Part shown: in pieces, positions 27,130 through 36,793 of the stretch
How positions within the stretch are numbered: the first letter of the stretch is position 1
Layout of the letters: the number at the start of each line of letters is the position of its first letter
IMG/VR virus record: IMGVR_UViG_3300027754_000042
Source of the DNA: a virus
Length of the DNA: 64,000 nucleotides
Direction: 5' to 3' (one strand)
Translations under genes and position numbers: made by a program
Notes under the pieces: model-generated
The model's database searches: none
Told to the model about the DNA's origin: nothing
The model's input: only the letters and a program-made list of their open reading frames with translations

Positions 27130-27563
27130 CCGACAAAGATGATATGTGGGAAGATTTCGCAAAGATAGGTGAAGCAATGGCTGAGCGTGAAAAAGAACTT
27201 GACAATCTCGCAGAAACCTGCGATTATGATATGAAGCTTGCAGTTACTCGTTGGGTAATGAAGCACATCGCAGATCACGGCAAAGAAGGTGGCTCGTATC
27301 GCTATCTAATTTACGAGCGTCTTGGCTTTGGACCTGATGCGTATGCGCCGCTGTGTAGTGATGGACTATTCATCAGCAACGAGTTCGATGCCGAAGCTTT
27401 GCCAAATGCCCGCGAAGCACTAGCATCTGGTAATCATGAAAAGCTGAAAGAAGTCCTGAATTGTTGCGACGAACCAGGATGCTATGAAGTTACCAGCTGC
27501 GGCTGGCCTACCGAAGACGGCGGATACCGTCGTACCTGTTATACCCATATGAAGGATAAGTAA
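27126..27563 (+). CDS. Hypothetical protein
   Basis: GSYRYLIYERLGFGPDAY; C-terminal Cys cluster. Confidence 0.7.
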   Translation: MTDKDDMWEDFAKIGEAMAEREKELDNLAETCDYDMKLAVTRWVMKHIADHGKEGGSYRYLIYERLGFGPDAYAPLCSDGLFISNEFDAEALPNAREALASGNHEKLKEVLNCCDEPGCYEVTSCGWPTEDGGYRRTCYTHMKDK

Positions 27564-27564
27564 A

Positions 27565-27774
27565 ATGACTGATACTGTGAAGACGACTGTTACCTTTACC
27601 ACCGAGACTGTTGGTTCGGCTGACGAGCATTATCCCGATAACATTACCACGCTTTCGTTTGATGGTACCGATGCGACAGTGACGACAATGTGTGCCCAGT
27701 TTGCTCAATTCCTTCGTGCGGCTGGATATACATATGTTGATCGTGTCGAGTTCACAACGGAGAATGATTTCTGA
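27565..27774 (+). CDS. Hypothetical protein
   Basis: FLRAAGY motif; coupled ORF. Confidence 0.6.
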   Translation: MTDTVKTTVTFTTETVGSADEHYPDNITTLSFDGTDATVTTMCAQFAQFLRAAGYTYVDRVEFTTENDF

Positions 27775-28394
27775 TGTCCAATGATAAGTTTTTCGTGTTC
27801 GATGATGTTCTAACAAAAAAAGAACACGAGGATCTTTTTAGGGGCTTGAAAAATGTGCTATGGACCAATCATTGGTCATCTTTAAAAAAAGCAGAAGATG
27901 CGTGGCATTGGAATTATACTTTTTTTCAATCTGCACAGCAAATGCCCGCAATGACAATCGAACAACTGGCTGATCTTGATAAGAGACACCCAGAAATCAT
28001 TTCATTGTGGGCAACTGCATCTGATCTTTTTAGCAAGCATTTAGGTAAGTTCAATATTCTCAGGCTATATTCCAACTGTAATCCGTACGGAACAAATGCA
28101 TATATTCACCAAGATGATGGCGATTATACCGCAATCTACTACCCATGTACGGAGTGGGAGACAGACTGGGAAGGCGGCACATGTTTCTATGAAAAAGGCG
28201 AAGATGGAAAGCTAGACGCAATTCGGTATGTGTCTTATAAACCCAATCGTTTGGTAATTTTCCCAGCACACATTCCACACCGTGGTATGCCAGTTGATCG
28301 CAAATGTATAGCACCAAGATATGTTGTCGCAATGAAGCTGCAACGTGATGTTAATGATTCAGATTATGCAAAGGAATTCTATAATGCGAAGTGA
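27774..28394 (+). CDS. 2OG-Fe(II) oxygenase
   Basis: IHQDD, W...WEGGT.F, PNRLVIFPAHIPHRG, R.VVAMK. Confidence 0.85.
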   Translation: MSNDKFFVFDDVLTKKEHEDLFRGLKNVLWTNHWSSLKKAEDAWHWNYTFFQSAQQMPAMTIEQLADLDKRHPEIISLWATASDLFSKHLGKFNILRLYSNCNPYGTNAYIHQDDGDYTAIYYPCTEWETDWEGGTCFYEKGEDGKLDAIRYVSYKPNRLVIFPAHIPHRGMPVDRKCIAPRYVVAMKLQRDVNDSDYAKEFYNAK

Positions 28395-28483
28395 CCTTGA
28401 AATGTTGGTGCGTGTGGATATGCATGTGAATGGCTACGATCCAGATACCTGGGCTGATGTTGTAGAGTATTGGAACAAGCGCC

Positions 28484-28642
28484 TTGGCTAAGTTCTGGCG
28501 CATCTGGGCCAAAGCCCTCGGCAGAAAAGAAGGTATAAATGATAGGGAGTCGGACCGGGTAGCACTGGTCCGAACTCTCATTATCATTTCGTACATCATA
28601 ACCAACTGTTTCATCATTGCTGGCGTGATCCGACATTGGTAG
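28484..28642 (+). CDS. Small membrane protein (WRIWAKALG family)
   Basis: Translated by hand: LAKFWRIWAKALGRKEG...RTLIIISYIITNCFIIAGVIRHW. Confidence 0.6.
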   Translation: MAKFWRIWAKALGRKEGINDRESDRVALVRTLIIISYIITNCFIIAGVIRHW

Positions 28643-28645
28643 TGG

Positions 28646-28674
28646 TTGACATTTGACCATTAACCTTATATAAT
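28646..28674 (+). promoter_or_regulatory. Consensus sigma70-type promoter
   Basis: TTGACA-17-TATAAT. Confidence 0.8.
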
Positions 28675-28700
28675 ACACCTATGATGAGAGGAGAGAAGCT

Positions 28701-29381
28701 ATGAAGATTGGCATCATGTCCGATTTGCATATGTACAAGACGGTACTAACCGAAGAGACACCTTGGGACTTTAAGCCTGAAGCCGATGTGTTCTATATCT
28801 GCGCTGGTGATATCTGCGAGGACAATGATGCTCGCGCACGATTTAACCAAAAGCATTACGATCACATGTTGTCTATCCATGGCAACCATGATTACTACGG
28901 CAACACATTCTCGGATGCCAAGTACCACACGATTCTGCGTTCGGTCAACGGTGTTCGCATTGCTGGTGCTACTCTGTGGACTGATGTTCGGGACAATCTT
29001 GCTTGGTATACATACAAGAAAGGCTTGATTGATTGTGTCTATATCGAAGACCTAACGCACGAGGCTATGATTGAGGCCCACGAGATGCACAAGCATTTTC
29101 TGTTTGGCATGGATGCAGATATCATTGTGTCGCATCATGCGCCTACGATGCGTTCGGTGCATGAACGCTACATGAACGATCCGCATAATGTGTGCTTTGC
29201 TAATGATCTTGAGAAGCAAATTCTCAATATGAAAAAGCCACCGAAACTTTGGATTCATGGGCATACTCACGATGACTTCGACTACATGATTGGTGATACT
29301 CGCGTGATCTGCCATCCGCGTGGCTACAAGAATGAGCGTGACGACTATTGGAGATATGCTCCGAAGATTGTGGAGATTTGA
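28701..29381 (+). CDS. Calcineurin-like metallophosphoesterase
   Basis: SDLH, AGD, GNHD, SHHAP, HGHTH. Confidence 0.9.
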   Translation: MKIGIMSDLHMYKTVLTEETPWDFKPEADVFYICAGDICEDNDARARFNQKHYDHMLSIHGNHDYYGNTFSDAKYHTILRSVNGVRIAGATLWTDVRDNLAWYTYKKGLIDCVYIEDLTHEAMIEAHEMHKHFLFGMDADIIVSHHAPTMRSVHERYMNDPHNVCFANDLEKQILNMKKPPKLWIHGHTHDDFDYMIGDTRVICHPRGYKNERDDYWRYAPKIVEI

Positions 29382-29382
29382 A

Positions 29383-29664
29383 ATGGTAAAACAAATCAAA
29401 GGTTTCGTGATTGTTCCTCCTGGTGATGCGGCGTGGAAACTCGGATACTGGACATTTGCTCCTACTGCTGGTGAAGCATGGTATAGAAAGCTTGGGTATG
29501 AGGTACACGATTTTGAGCGTCCCCGTATAATTCAAGCATGGCATGATCGCGGACATAGACTAAGAGAAGCTACACTTACCATTCATCCCGGCGAGGATGA
29601 GATTGAGGCCACAAATGGTAAACCTTCCAACCCTAATCTACACGAAACAACTAATACAGAGTAA
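29383..29664 (+). CDS. Hypothetical protein
   Basis: RBS GGAG, ORF in operon. Confidence 0.55.
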   Translation: MVKQIKGFVIVPPGDAAWKLGYWTFAPTAGEAWYRKLGYEVHDFERPRIIQAWHDRGHRLREATLTIHPGEDEIEATNGKPSNPNLHETTNTE

Positions 29665-29986
29665 CACTTATGCAAAATTTACCGAAGATACTGATCCACC
29701 AATCGAAACTATCATTGAAGCATCAGATGTTAAAGAACGCATCATGGAATATCTTGGCGCGGTTCTTGCAAGATGTTGGTACGATAGAGACCTCGCGCAC
29801 GGATTGGCCTATTCGCCACACAAAGCATTAAGGAAGATAGGTGTCTTTCTGCCTGAAGAGCTTGAGATAAAGATTGAACGTAAAGACAAACAGCGCCCAC
29901 GGCTTGTCATTTATGAATGGAACGGTGAGCGCACATTCAAAGTCCGTATCTGCTACTTGCAGATGATTATGATGGCAGGGAAATGA
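29615..29986 (+). CDS. Hypothetical protein with nitrile-hydratase-leader (NHLP)-like motif
   Basis: VLARCWYD.DL...L...P..AL...GV.LP..L.I. Confidence 0.45.
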   Translation: MVNLPTLIYTKQLIQSNTYAKFTEDTDPPIETIIEASDVKERIMEYLGAVLARCWYDRDLAHGLAYSPHKALRKIGVFLPEELEIKIERKDKQRPRLVIYEWNGERTFKVRICYLQMIMMAGK

Positions 29987-29987
29987 C

Positions 29988-30350
29988 ATGAACAGAGAAG
30001 ACGCACCACACCTGAGCGATGACCGATTCAACGATTTGATTCTTGCTCTGGGTACTCTTAGAGAAGCAATCAAAAATCTCAATGAAAAAAACGAGCGACT
30101 CGAATCTGGCCCTGGCGGCATCATGGAAATGAAGCAGACCATTGCTGATAAAGAACAGCGCATCGAAAAGCTGGAAAGCCAATTTAAGTTGTATTTCCAT
30201 GCTTTCAATAAAGCCGCCAGTCGTATCGAGAAACTAGAGACGGCATTGGAGCATACAATGGAGTGCTTCCTCGGTGCTAGAGAGGCGTTGAAGGAATGCG
30301 TCATTGAGCGGGATGAAGCCCGCAAAGCACTGGAGGGGAAAGATGGCTGA
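29988..30350 (+). CDS. Coiled-coil hypothetical protein
   Basis: Repeated RIEKLE; ARKALEG. Confidence 0.6.
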   Translation: MNREDAPHLSDDRFNDLILALGTLREAIKNLNEKNERLESGPGGIMEMKQTIADKEQRIEKLESQFKLYFHAFNKAASRIEKLETALEHTMECFLGAREALKECVIERDEARKALEGKDG

Positions 30351-30618
30351 TGATCTTGTGAAGCGGCTGCGTCGCGCAGACACTTGCATCTTCCCAACGG
30401 AACGAGACCGTTGTCATTGTGGTGAGGCTGCCGACCGCATTCAGAAGCTGGAGGCGGCGCTGCGGGAGATGTTAATAAGATGCACAAATACCGGACGGTG
30501 GTGCGGACCAATAGATTGCCACTGCCGGATCGCCCGCAAAGCACTGGGGGGGAAAGAACCTCTCGAATGGACAGAGAACTATGGGCAAGGTTCTGAACCT
30601 TGGTTAAATAAGGAGTAA
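30343..30618 (+). CDS. Hypothetical protein
   Basis: DDLVKRLR...EAADRIQKLEAALRE...ARKALGG, related to the previous ORF. Confidence 0.6.
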   Translation: MADDLVKRLRRADTCIFPTERDRCHCGEAADRIQKLEAALREMLIRCTNTGRWCGPIDCHCRIARKALGGKEPLEWTENYGQGSEPWLNKE

Positions 30619-30621
30619 GGC

Positions 30622-31323
30622 ATGTCTTATCAAAACGAATCACACGCATACCCCGCTCCAGTAATTGATTGGGGTCTCAGAACATATCTCGTTGGTGTGT
30701 TCAATCATATGGGAATCGCATTGCTAATCAGTGCGGTTGTCAGCGCATACATTGGTCTGTCACCTGAGATTGGTGCTGCTATTTGGGGAACACCATTCAA
30801 GTGGGTTGCTATCTTTGCGCCTCTTGCATTCGTGTTCCTGTTCTCATACATGGCAGATAGTATGTCATCAAGTACAGCAAAGACTATGCTCTATTGTTTC
30901 TCTGCTTTGATGGGCCTAAGTCTCAGTAGCATCTTTATGATTTTCAAGTTGGGCAGCATTGCTAATGTGTTCTTCATTAGTGCTGCAACATTTGGTGCTA
31001 CTGCATTGTACGGCTACACAACCAAGCGTGACCTTAGTAGCATGGGTTCGTTCCTAATGATGGGTGCGATTGGTTTGATGATTGCTGGTGTTGTCAATCT
31101 GTTTCTACAGAGTAGCGTTATGGCTTTTGCCATCAGTGTTATTGGTGTGCTTATCTTTGTTGGCTTCACTGCATATGACATGCAAGATATCAAAGAGAAG
31201 TACTACGAGCTAAATGACGACGAAGAAATCCGCAAGGCTGGTATCTTTGGCGCTCTCAATCTTTACCTAGACTTCATCAATATCTTTGTGAACCTGCTTC
31301 AGTTGTTGGGAGATAGAAAGTGA
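30622..31323 (+). CDS. Bax inhibitor-1/YccA family membrane protein
   Basis: About 7 TM; YGYTTKRDLS.MGSFL, TAYD.Q.IK, GAL.LYLDFINIF..LL. Confidence 0.9.
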   Translation: MSYQNESHAYPAPVIDWGLRTYLVGVFNHMGIALLISAVVSAYIGLSPEIGAAIWGTPFKWVAIFAPLAFVFLFSYMADSMSSSTAKTMLYCFSALMGLSLSSIFMIFKLGSIANVFFISAATFGATALYGYTTKRDLSSMGSFLMMGAIGLMIAGVVNLFLQSSVMAFAISVIGVLIFVGFTAYDMQDIKEKYYELNDDEEIRKAGIFGALNLYLDFINIFVNLLQLLGDRK

Positions 31324-31452
31324 AACTTGCATGGTTATGTTATCTTCACGATGAAGACGATCTGTTGCCAATTATTCGTTTAGAAGAACCAGATCGTTAT
31401 ATGTATCGTAAGGTTGTTCCTATCGTCTATGCTATATTAGAGGTTGACAACG

Positions 31453-31893
31453 ATGAATAGACGTGGTATGCTATCCTTTCTCGGCATTGGTGCTGTTGGT
31501 GCGTCAACTCTTGATGCCAAAAGCCCTTTTATGCCTTCTACTCATGGTATGAGTTATGGTCTTGACAATACGGTGAAAGAAGTATATAATACTCCTATGG
31601 TAAAAGATACCAGTGGATATATCAAAGACATGCAGGAACAGCTATCGCTAATCACTAGCGACCCTGCTAAGTGGATTGCTGATAGAGTTACAGACGAAAT
31701 GAAAGATTGGCGTATGGGATTTTCAGGTGTCAGGCTTAATGATATTGATCCTGATATTCGCAACATGAAATCAATCACAGAAGTGGCTAAAATGCGTATG
31801 TACTTTGAACGGCGAGCAAAACGGCAAGCTGAAGTCAATCAAATGTCATTGACGGCTCGTATCGCAGAATATCTGGGAGTGAATGTACGATGA
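31453..31893 (+). CDS. Hypothetical protein with twin-arginine-like signal
   Basis: MNRRGMLSFLGIGAVGA. Confidence 0.6.
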   Translation: MNRRGMLSFLGIGAVGASTLDAKSPFMPSTHGMSYGLDNTVKEVYNTPMVKDTSGYIKDMQEQLSLITSDPAKWIADRVTDEMKDWRMGFSGVRLNDIDPDIRNMKSITEVAKMRMYFERRAKRQAEVNQMSLTARIAEYLGVNVR

Positions 31894-32064
31894 AACAATA
31901 TGCTGGAATAAATCAAGATACATTTCAACCAGTAATATCAATTACGAATAGGTATCGTAACTATTATCGTAGAGGCTGCTTAAAAGTTACACTAGAAGAT
32001 ATTATGAGAAAGCCAAGACCTTGGTTGTTAATTATACCCAGTAGGAAACTTATATGATTGAGGA

Positions 32065-32295
32065 TTGAGAGTCGTGCAAGATATAAATGATAGAATTTAC
32101 ACTGATATGAAAACTATGATTGATCCAAAATATAATGATAAGCATTTTGTTCATAGAGTGATTAGGTTTCTTCGTGATTACCCTGAAAGAGCGCCAGACT
32201 ATATAGATTTCGTTGGTGATGATTGGGAAACAAGGAATATAGATTACAGTGGAGATTGGATGGACATCTCTCAAATTAAAAAGCCAGGAAATTAG
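32065..32295 (+). CDS. Hypothetical protein, paralog of 43244..43426
   Basis: DPKYN.K...HR.I.FLRD.PERA.DY.D...DW.TRNID. Confidence 0.6.
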   Translation: MRVVQDINDRIYTDMKTMIDPKYNDKHFVHRVIRFLRDYPERAPDYIDFVGDDWETRNIDYSGDWMDISQIKKPGN

Positions 32296-32330
32296 ACCAT
32301 TGGCAGAACGAAAATCAGCGGGATAGAAAA

Positions 32331-32870
32331 ATGAACCGATTTATTCTCGACCAGAATCCAGTCAAGGCCGCGGAGTACCACTGTGACAAGCATGTGGTCA
32401 AGATGATTCTCGAAGAAGCGCAGATGCTTTCTACGGTTCATCGTGTCATCGACGGCGACGAATATGTTGACGCATCGTCTGGGCGCAAGATCAAGCGGTG
32501 GCGTTTGAACGATGACCGCGAGCTTTCACTATACAAGGCTACACATGTTGGTCATCCGTGTACGCAATGGGCTATGCAGTCTTCGGACAACTATGTGTGG
32601 GCTGTCATGTTGTTTCGTGCGCTACTGAATGAGTATCGCCATCGGTACAACAAGGTACACAAATGCGAAATATTGTGGAAGACTTTGCACCACAAGCCGA
32701 ACGGTATGAAAAATGGCCCTGTGTATGAATTTCCACAGGCTATGCCTGACGATTGTAAGCGGCCTGATCCTATTGAAGGCTATCGGAAGTACTACATAGA
32801 ACACAAAGCGCGATTCGCAAAATGGACGAATCGGCCTACACCAGATTGGTTCACATGTTCATCAAAGTAA
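32331..32870 (+). CDS. Pyrimidine-dimer DNA glycosylase-like protein
   Basis: HCDKHVVKMILE.AQMLST, YKATH..HPC..W, QAMPD, YR.YY, W..R..P.W. Confidence 0.75.
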   Translation: MNRFILDQNPVKAAEYHCDKHVVKMILEEAQMLSTVHRVIDGDEYVDASSGRKIKRWRLNDDRELSLYKATHVGHPCTQWAMQSSDNYVWAVMLFRALLNEYRHRYNKVHKCEILWKTLHHKPNGMKNGPVYEFPQAMPDDCKRPDPIEGYRKYYIEHKARFAKWTNRPTPDWFTCSSK

Positions 32871-33067
32871 CAAACACCGCGAATGAATTTCAAGGTGAAG
32901 CCATCTTCATTAATGTCGATCATATCACTGCGGTATATGACCATGCTAAAATTAAAGATGGTAGCTTGACAACCTTCATTCATGCAAGAATTGGACCTCC
33001 GATCACATGGGAAGTTGAAGAGTCCGCCACACAAGTTATGAAACTAATCAAGGAAGCTACAGTATGA
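32855..33067 (+). CDS. Small hypothetical protein (FlbD-like pattern)
   Basis: MFIK.T...IFINVDHI..V...VEES. Confidence 0.55.
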   Translation: MFIKVTNTANEFQGEAIFINVDHITAVYDHAKIKDGSLTTFIHARIGPPITWEVEESATQVMKLIKEATV

Positions 33068-33837
33068 ACACCGCTAAAATTATTGCTATGACAGAACCGA
33101 AGATTTGGACGGATGCACCTGGTGATCCTCAGAGGCTTTCGGTTGATGAGTTTATCGCATACGTGGCCCGCGTGAGTAATCCATCTAACCAGAATAACTC
33201 ACTGACAGCTTCAAAGCTTTTGAAGTACCTTGCGAAGCATAAACATTGGTCACCTTTTGAGATGGTTGATGTGGTGATGGAAATCAATACCACCCGTGAT
33301 ATTGGTAGACAGATCCTGCGTCACCGTTCATTCCGTTTTCAGGAGTTCAGTCAACGCTATGCCGATCCCACGAAAGACATGGGGTTCGTTACCCGTGAAG
33401 CCCGTCTACAAGACACAAAAAATCGACAGAACTCAGTTGAGATTTCAGATGATGTAACCTACGACTCGCCTATGTATGAACGTCATTATGATCCAGATGG
33501 CAATCTTACAAAAGAATCGGTTTTATATGAAAAAAGAAATCTTAAAGAAACTTGGTCCGCCTATCAAAAAAATACTACCGATGCTGCAACCGCCGCATAC
33601 AACTGGGCCATCGAAAATGGAATCGCAAAAGAGCAGGCTCGTTCTGTATTGCCTGAGGGACTTATTCTTAGTCGGATGTATATGGCTGGTAGCCTTCGCA
33701 GTTGGATCCATTATTGCCAAGTAAGAACAGACGCAAGCACTCAGAAGGAACACCGTGAGATTGCTATGCAGGCCTGGGATCAGATTACAGACGCATTCCC
33801 ATCGCTCAAAGAAGTACTGGCATCCCTTGACATATAA
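33064..33837 (+). CDS. thyX: Flavin-dependent thymidylate synthase
   Basis: ARVSNP, HWSPFE, QILRHRSF.FQEFSQRY, EQAR.VLP, GSLRSW.HY..VR, TQKEHR. Confidence 0.95.
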   Translation: MNTAKIIAMTEPKIWTDAPGDPQRLSVDEFIAYVARVSNPSNQNNSLTASKLLKYLAKHKHWSPFEMVDVVMEINTTRDIGRQILRHRSFRFQEFSQRYADPTKDMGFVTREARLQDTKNRQNSVEISDDVTYDSPMYERHYDPDGNLTKESVLYEKRNLKETWSAYQKNTTDAATAAYNWAIENGIAKEQARSVLPEGLILSRMYMAGSLRSWIHYCQVRTDASTQKEHREIAMQAWDQITDAFPSLKEVLASLDI

Positions 33838-33840
33838 ATA
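33833..33840 (+). promoter_or_regulatory. T4-type late promoter TATAAATA in front of the curli operon
   Basis: Exact consensus 5 nt before the csgF ATG. Confidence 0.7.
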
Positions 33841-33845
33841 GGTGC

Positions 33846-34286
33846 ATGAGAAAGCTTTTAGTAGCTTTGTTATGTGTGGCAGCAATGCCGCTATATGCGA
33901 CCGAACTACAGTTCAATTTTAAAAGCCCCGCCTTCTCAGGTGTGGGCTTTTCTTCGCATGTCCTGACCATTGAGAATCTGGAACAGACCAGACGCCAAAA
34001 GATCATGGACGACAAGGTAGCAGCAGCTTCTAAGGCCGCATCGGATGCTAAGAATACGAACCTTGCGAAGTTTATCAATAACCTCGAGAGCCGCGTATAT
34101 GCTACACTCTCGCAGAAGATAGCCGAGCAACTGTTCTCCGACAACGGTGCCACATCTGGCACATTTAGCATAGCAACCAACAATGTCCAATGGTCATCTG
34201 ATGGTTCACAGATTACATTACGAATAACCGACGCAGCTGGTAGCGTCACAGAGGTTGTGGTTCCCTACGGGAGTTTAGCATGGTAA
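33846..34286 (+). CDS. csgF: Curli assembly protein CsgF-like
   Basis: Signal peptide then ELQFNFKSPAFSG (cf. CsgF F.F.NP.FGG); FINNLESR.Y..LS; directly before csgG. Confidence 0.8.
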   Translation: MRKLLVALLCVAAMPLYATELQFNFKSPAFSGVGFSSHVLTIENLEQTRRQKIMDDKVAAASKAASDAKNTNLAKFINNLESRVYATLSQKIAEQLFSDNGATSGTFSIATNNVQWSSDGSQITLRITDAAGSVTEVVVPYGSLAW

Positions 34287-35080
34287 AGATTGGTATGGTA
34301 TTGGTAGGCCTACTGTTGGCTGGTTGCTCGCCAACGCTTATGTCAAAGGATGTGATTGAAGAGGTAGCAGACGCGCCAGAAATCATTATGAACAAGCGGT
34401 TCAATGAGTTGGCTAGTTTGAGAGGTGTGGATGGATCCATCATTCCTATCGCGGTCTACCGCTTTCCAGATATGACGGGTCAACGCAAGCCCGCTACCAA
34501 CTTTGCCAGCTTGAGTTCCGCAGTGACGCAGGGTGCAGAGGTGTTCCTGATAAAGGCTCTCCAGGACGCCGGTAGGGGTCGGTGGTTTCAAGTGGTAGAG
34601 CGGGCGTCGCTTGAAAACCTCGTGAAGGAACGCCAGCTCATTCGTAGCCAACGTGAGCTATACGAGAAGGATCAAGCAAAGCCGCTTACACCATTGACCG
34701 TCGCAGGTATTATGATTGATGGTGGCATTGTTGGCTTTGATTCAAACATTGGCACTGGTGGTATTGGCGCACGATTCCTTGGCGTTGGGGCCAACCAAGA
34801 GTACCGTAAGGATGAAGTCACGGTGGTTCTGCGTTTGATATCCATAAACACAGGCGAAGTTCTGTTGTCCACTGGATCATCCAAGACTATTCTAAGCACC
34901 AGCGCAGGTGCGAATGTGTTTAAGTTTGTTGATGCGGGTACGAGGTCTGTCGAGTTTGAAGCTGGGACAACAGCGAATGAACCTACAACATATGCAGTTA
35001 GAATAGCAATAGAAGCCGCAGTGGTCGATATGATAAAAGAGGGAGCCAAAAAGAAGCTCTGGAGTATCAAGAAGAGGTAA
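34280..35080 (+). CDS. csgG: Curli secretion channel lipoprotein CsgG
   Basis: Lipobox LLAGC; AVYRFPD.TGQRKP, SSAVTQG, WFQVVER..L.NL..ERQLIR, GG.GARFLG.G, TGEVL.S...K. Confidence 0.92.
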   Translation: MVKIGMVLVGLLLAGCSPTLMSKDVIEEVADAPEIIMNKRFNELASLRGVDGSIIPIAVYRFPDMTGQRKPATNFASLSSAVTQGAEVFLIKALQDAGRGRWFQVVERASLENLVKERQLIRSQRELYEKDQAKPLTPLTVAGIMIDGGIVGFDSNIGTGGIGARFLGVGANQEYRKDEVTVVLRLISINTGEVLLSTGSSKTILSTSAGANVFKFVDAGTRSVEFEAGTTANEPTTYAVRIAIEAAVVDMIKEGAKKKLWSIKKR

Positions 35081-35085
35081 ACAAA

Positions 35086-35763
35086 ATGAAACGTACAAGA
35101 CTGGCATTTTTGTCATTCTTGGTTATGCTTCAATATGCAAACGCCGCGAGCAATAGTGTGTATGTAGACCAAATCGGTAGTGGTTCTACAATTTCTATGA
35201 CTCAGACTGGCAACTCGAACGTGATTGGAAATACTGCCGACAAAGCAATATTCAACGGGCAGAATAACACTGTCACGATTGACCAGATTGGTAACACCAA
35301 CCTAATGAGCATCAATGTTCAAGGTGATGGCGTAACCGCGTCTTCACTTGTTACTGGTGATAATAACACCATCAACATGCAATGCGGTGTCAGTGGCACA
35401 TGCACTGGTTCAACATTAAACAACACCATCACAGGCGATAACAATACGATCACGCAGAAGGCCGAGGGGTTCACGATATCAAACGTGACGGTAAACACAG
35501 ACAACAACACCGTAAACATAGAGAATGATTCCAGCGCAGTCGCGGGTGCGAAGAGTACGGTTCTAATTGACGGTGGTGGTGGCAATAGTGTCAACATCAT
35601 TCAGACAGGCGTAGCATCTACGAATGGACATGAAGCCGATGTGAATATCTTAGGTGCAACAAACACTGTAGATATAAAGCAAGGTGGCGGTGTTGATTCT
35701 AAGGTCATTTCTACAATCACTGGTTCTGGCAATACTCTGCTTATTAAGTCCAACCACAACTAA
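35086..35763 (+). CDS. Curlin-like secreted repeat protein
   Basis: Signal peptide; repeated Q.G..N / TG.NN units (DQIGSGS, TQTGNSN, DQIGNTN, VTGDNN, ITGDNN, ITGSGN). Confidence 0.75.
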   Translation: MKRTRLAFLSFLVMLQYANAASNSVYVDQIGSGSTISMTQTGNSNVIGNTADKAIFNGQNNTVTIDQIGNTNLMSINVQGDGVTASSLVTGDNNTINMQCGVSGTCTGSTLNNTITGDNNTITQKAEGFTISNVTVNTDNNTVNIENDSSAVAGAKSTVLIDGGGGNSVNIIQTGVASTNGHEADVNILGATNTVDIKQGGGVDSKVISTITGSGNTLLIKSNHN

Positions 35764-36793
35764 GTCTGAAGTTGGTAAGGTCACAGAGCAAACAGGCCCA
35801 GCAGAAATAAAGCGTGATGCTAACTTGATTTCCAGCGCACTATCCAGTGGCGTTGAGATGAAAGATACCATAACGACTGCGAACGGGAAAACTGGTATCA
35901 CATTCCAAGATGATACCAAAGTCCAGATAACGGAGCACAGCCGCCTTGTCATTGACAATTTTGTTTACGACGGTGAAAAGAAAACTGGCAAGCTTGGCAT
36001 CAAAATGGCGCTCGGCACTATCAAATATGCATCCGGGCAAATTGCTAAATCAGATCCGCAACAAGTCATGGTGGAAACACCAACAGCAACAATCGGTGTC
36101 CGCGGAACTGATTTCTCAGGTACCGTCGATGAGATTGGTCGTTCTACTATTATTTTGCTTCCTTCTTGCCCTACTGGTTGGCGAAATATTGAACGCGACT
36201 GTGTGGTTGGTTCCATTTCAGTAACGACGGATATGGGCACTATCTGGTTGACTAAGCCATTTGAGACCGTCAATGTGCAGACCAGTATGAGTACACCAAA
36301 ATCCAGCATTTTGAATTTGAATCTGGATCAGATAAATAATATGCTTATCGTAGCACCAGCAAAACCTGTCGTGCGCGAGCAACCAGTTGAGCGTATCGCA
36401 AACGTATTAGACGCAGACTTACTTGGTATTGATTTTCTCAAATACAGCGAACTTGAAAAGAACTACCTAACAGAGTACAACAAACTAGATCGCAACTTTC
36501 TTGACAGTGATTTTCTACTAAACTTTCTAGACTTATCGAACTCGCAGATGCTAACGAATGAGCTTGCAGAGTTCAATGCATTACTACCTAAATATAACGC
36601 ATCGACAGGCCTAAAGTATTTTGTTGAGCAGGATAATGTGACACTCTACCGTGAAACATACAACTCATATATGGAATTGACTGTAGCAACTACGCATAAC
36701 ATGACATTGAATTTGACTCAGGATGGTGGTTCAGTGACGCAGATGGTAAACAGTTCTGGAACCACAACGATAACTATAAAGCAGGGCAACTGA
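35684..36793 (+). CDS. FecR-domain secreted protein
   Basis: Signal-like N-terminus; D.I.T..G...I.F.DDT, VETPTATIGVRGTDF FecR motif. Confidence 0.8.
   Translation: MAVLILRSFLQSLVLAILCLLSPTTTKSEVGKVTEQTGPAEIKRDANLISSALSSGVEMKDTITTANGKTGITFQDDTKVQITEHSRLVIDNFVYDGEKKTGKLGIKMALGTIKYASGQIAKSDPQQVMVETPTATIGVRGTDFSGTVDEIGRSTIILLPSCPTGWRNIERDCVVGSISVTTDMGTIWLTKPFETVNVQTSMSTPKSSILNLNLDQINNMLIVAPAKPVVREQPVERIANVLDADLLGIDFLKYSELEKNYLTEYNKLDRNFLDSDFLLNFLDLSNSQMLTNELAEFNALLPKYNASTGLKYFVEQDNVTLYRETYNSYMELTVATTHNMTLNLTQDGGSVTQMVNSSGTTTITIKQGN

Noticed and set aside
29828-30649. 273-aa minus-strand ORF
   Set aside because: Antisense to three coupled plus-strand genes with RBSs; no motifs
33445-33545. Possible intein or intron in thyX
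   Set aside because: Only a short in-frame insertion in a variable loop, with no splice or endonuclease motifs
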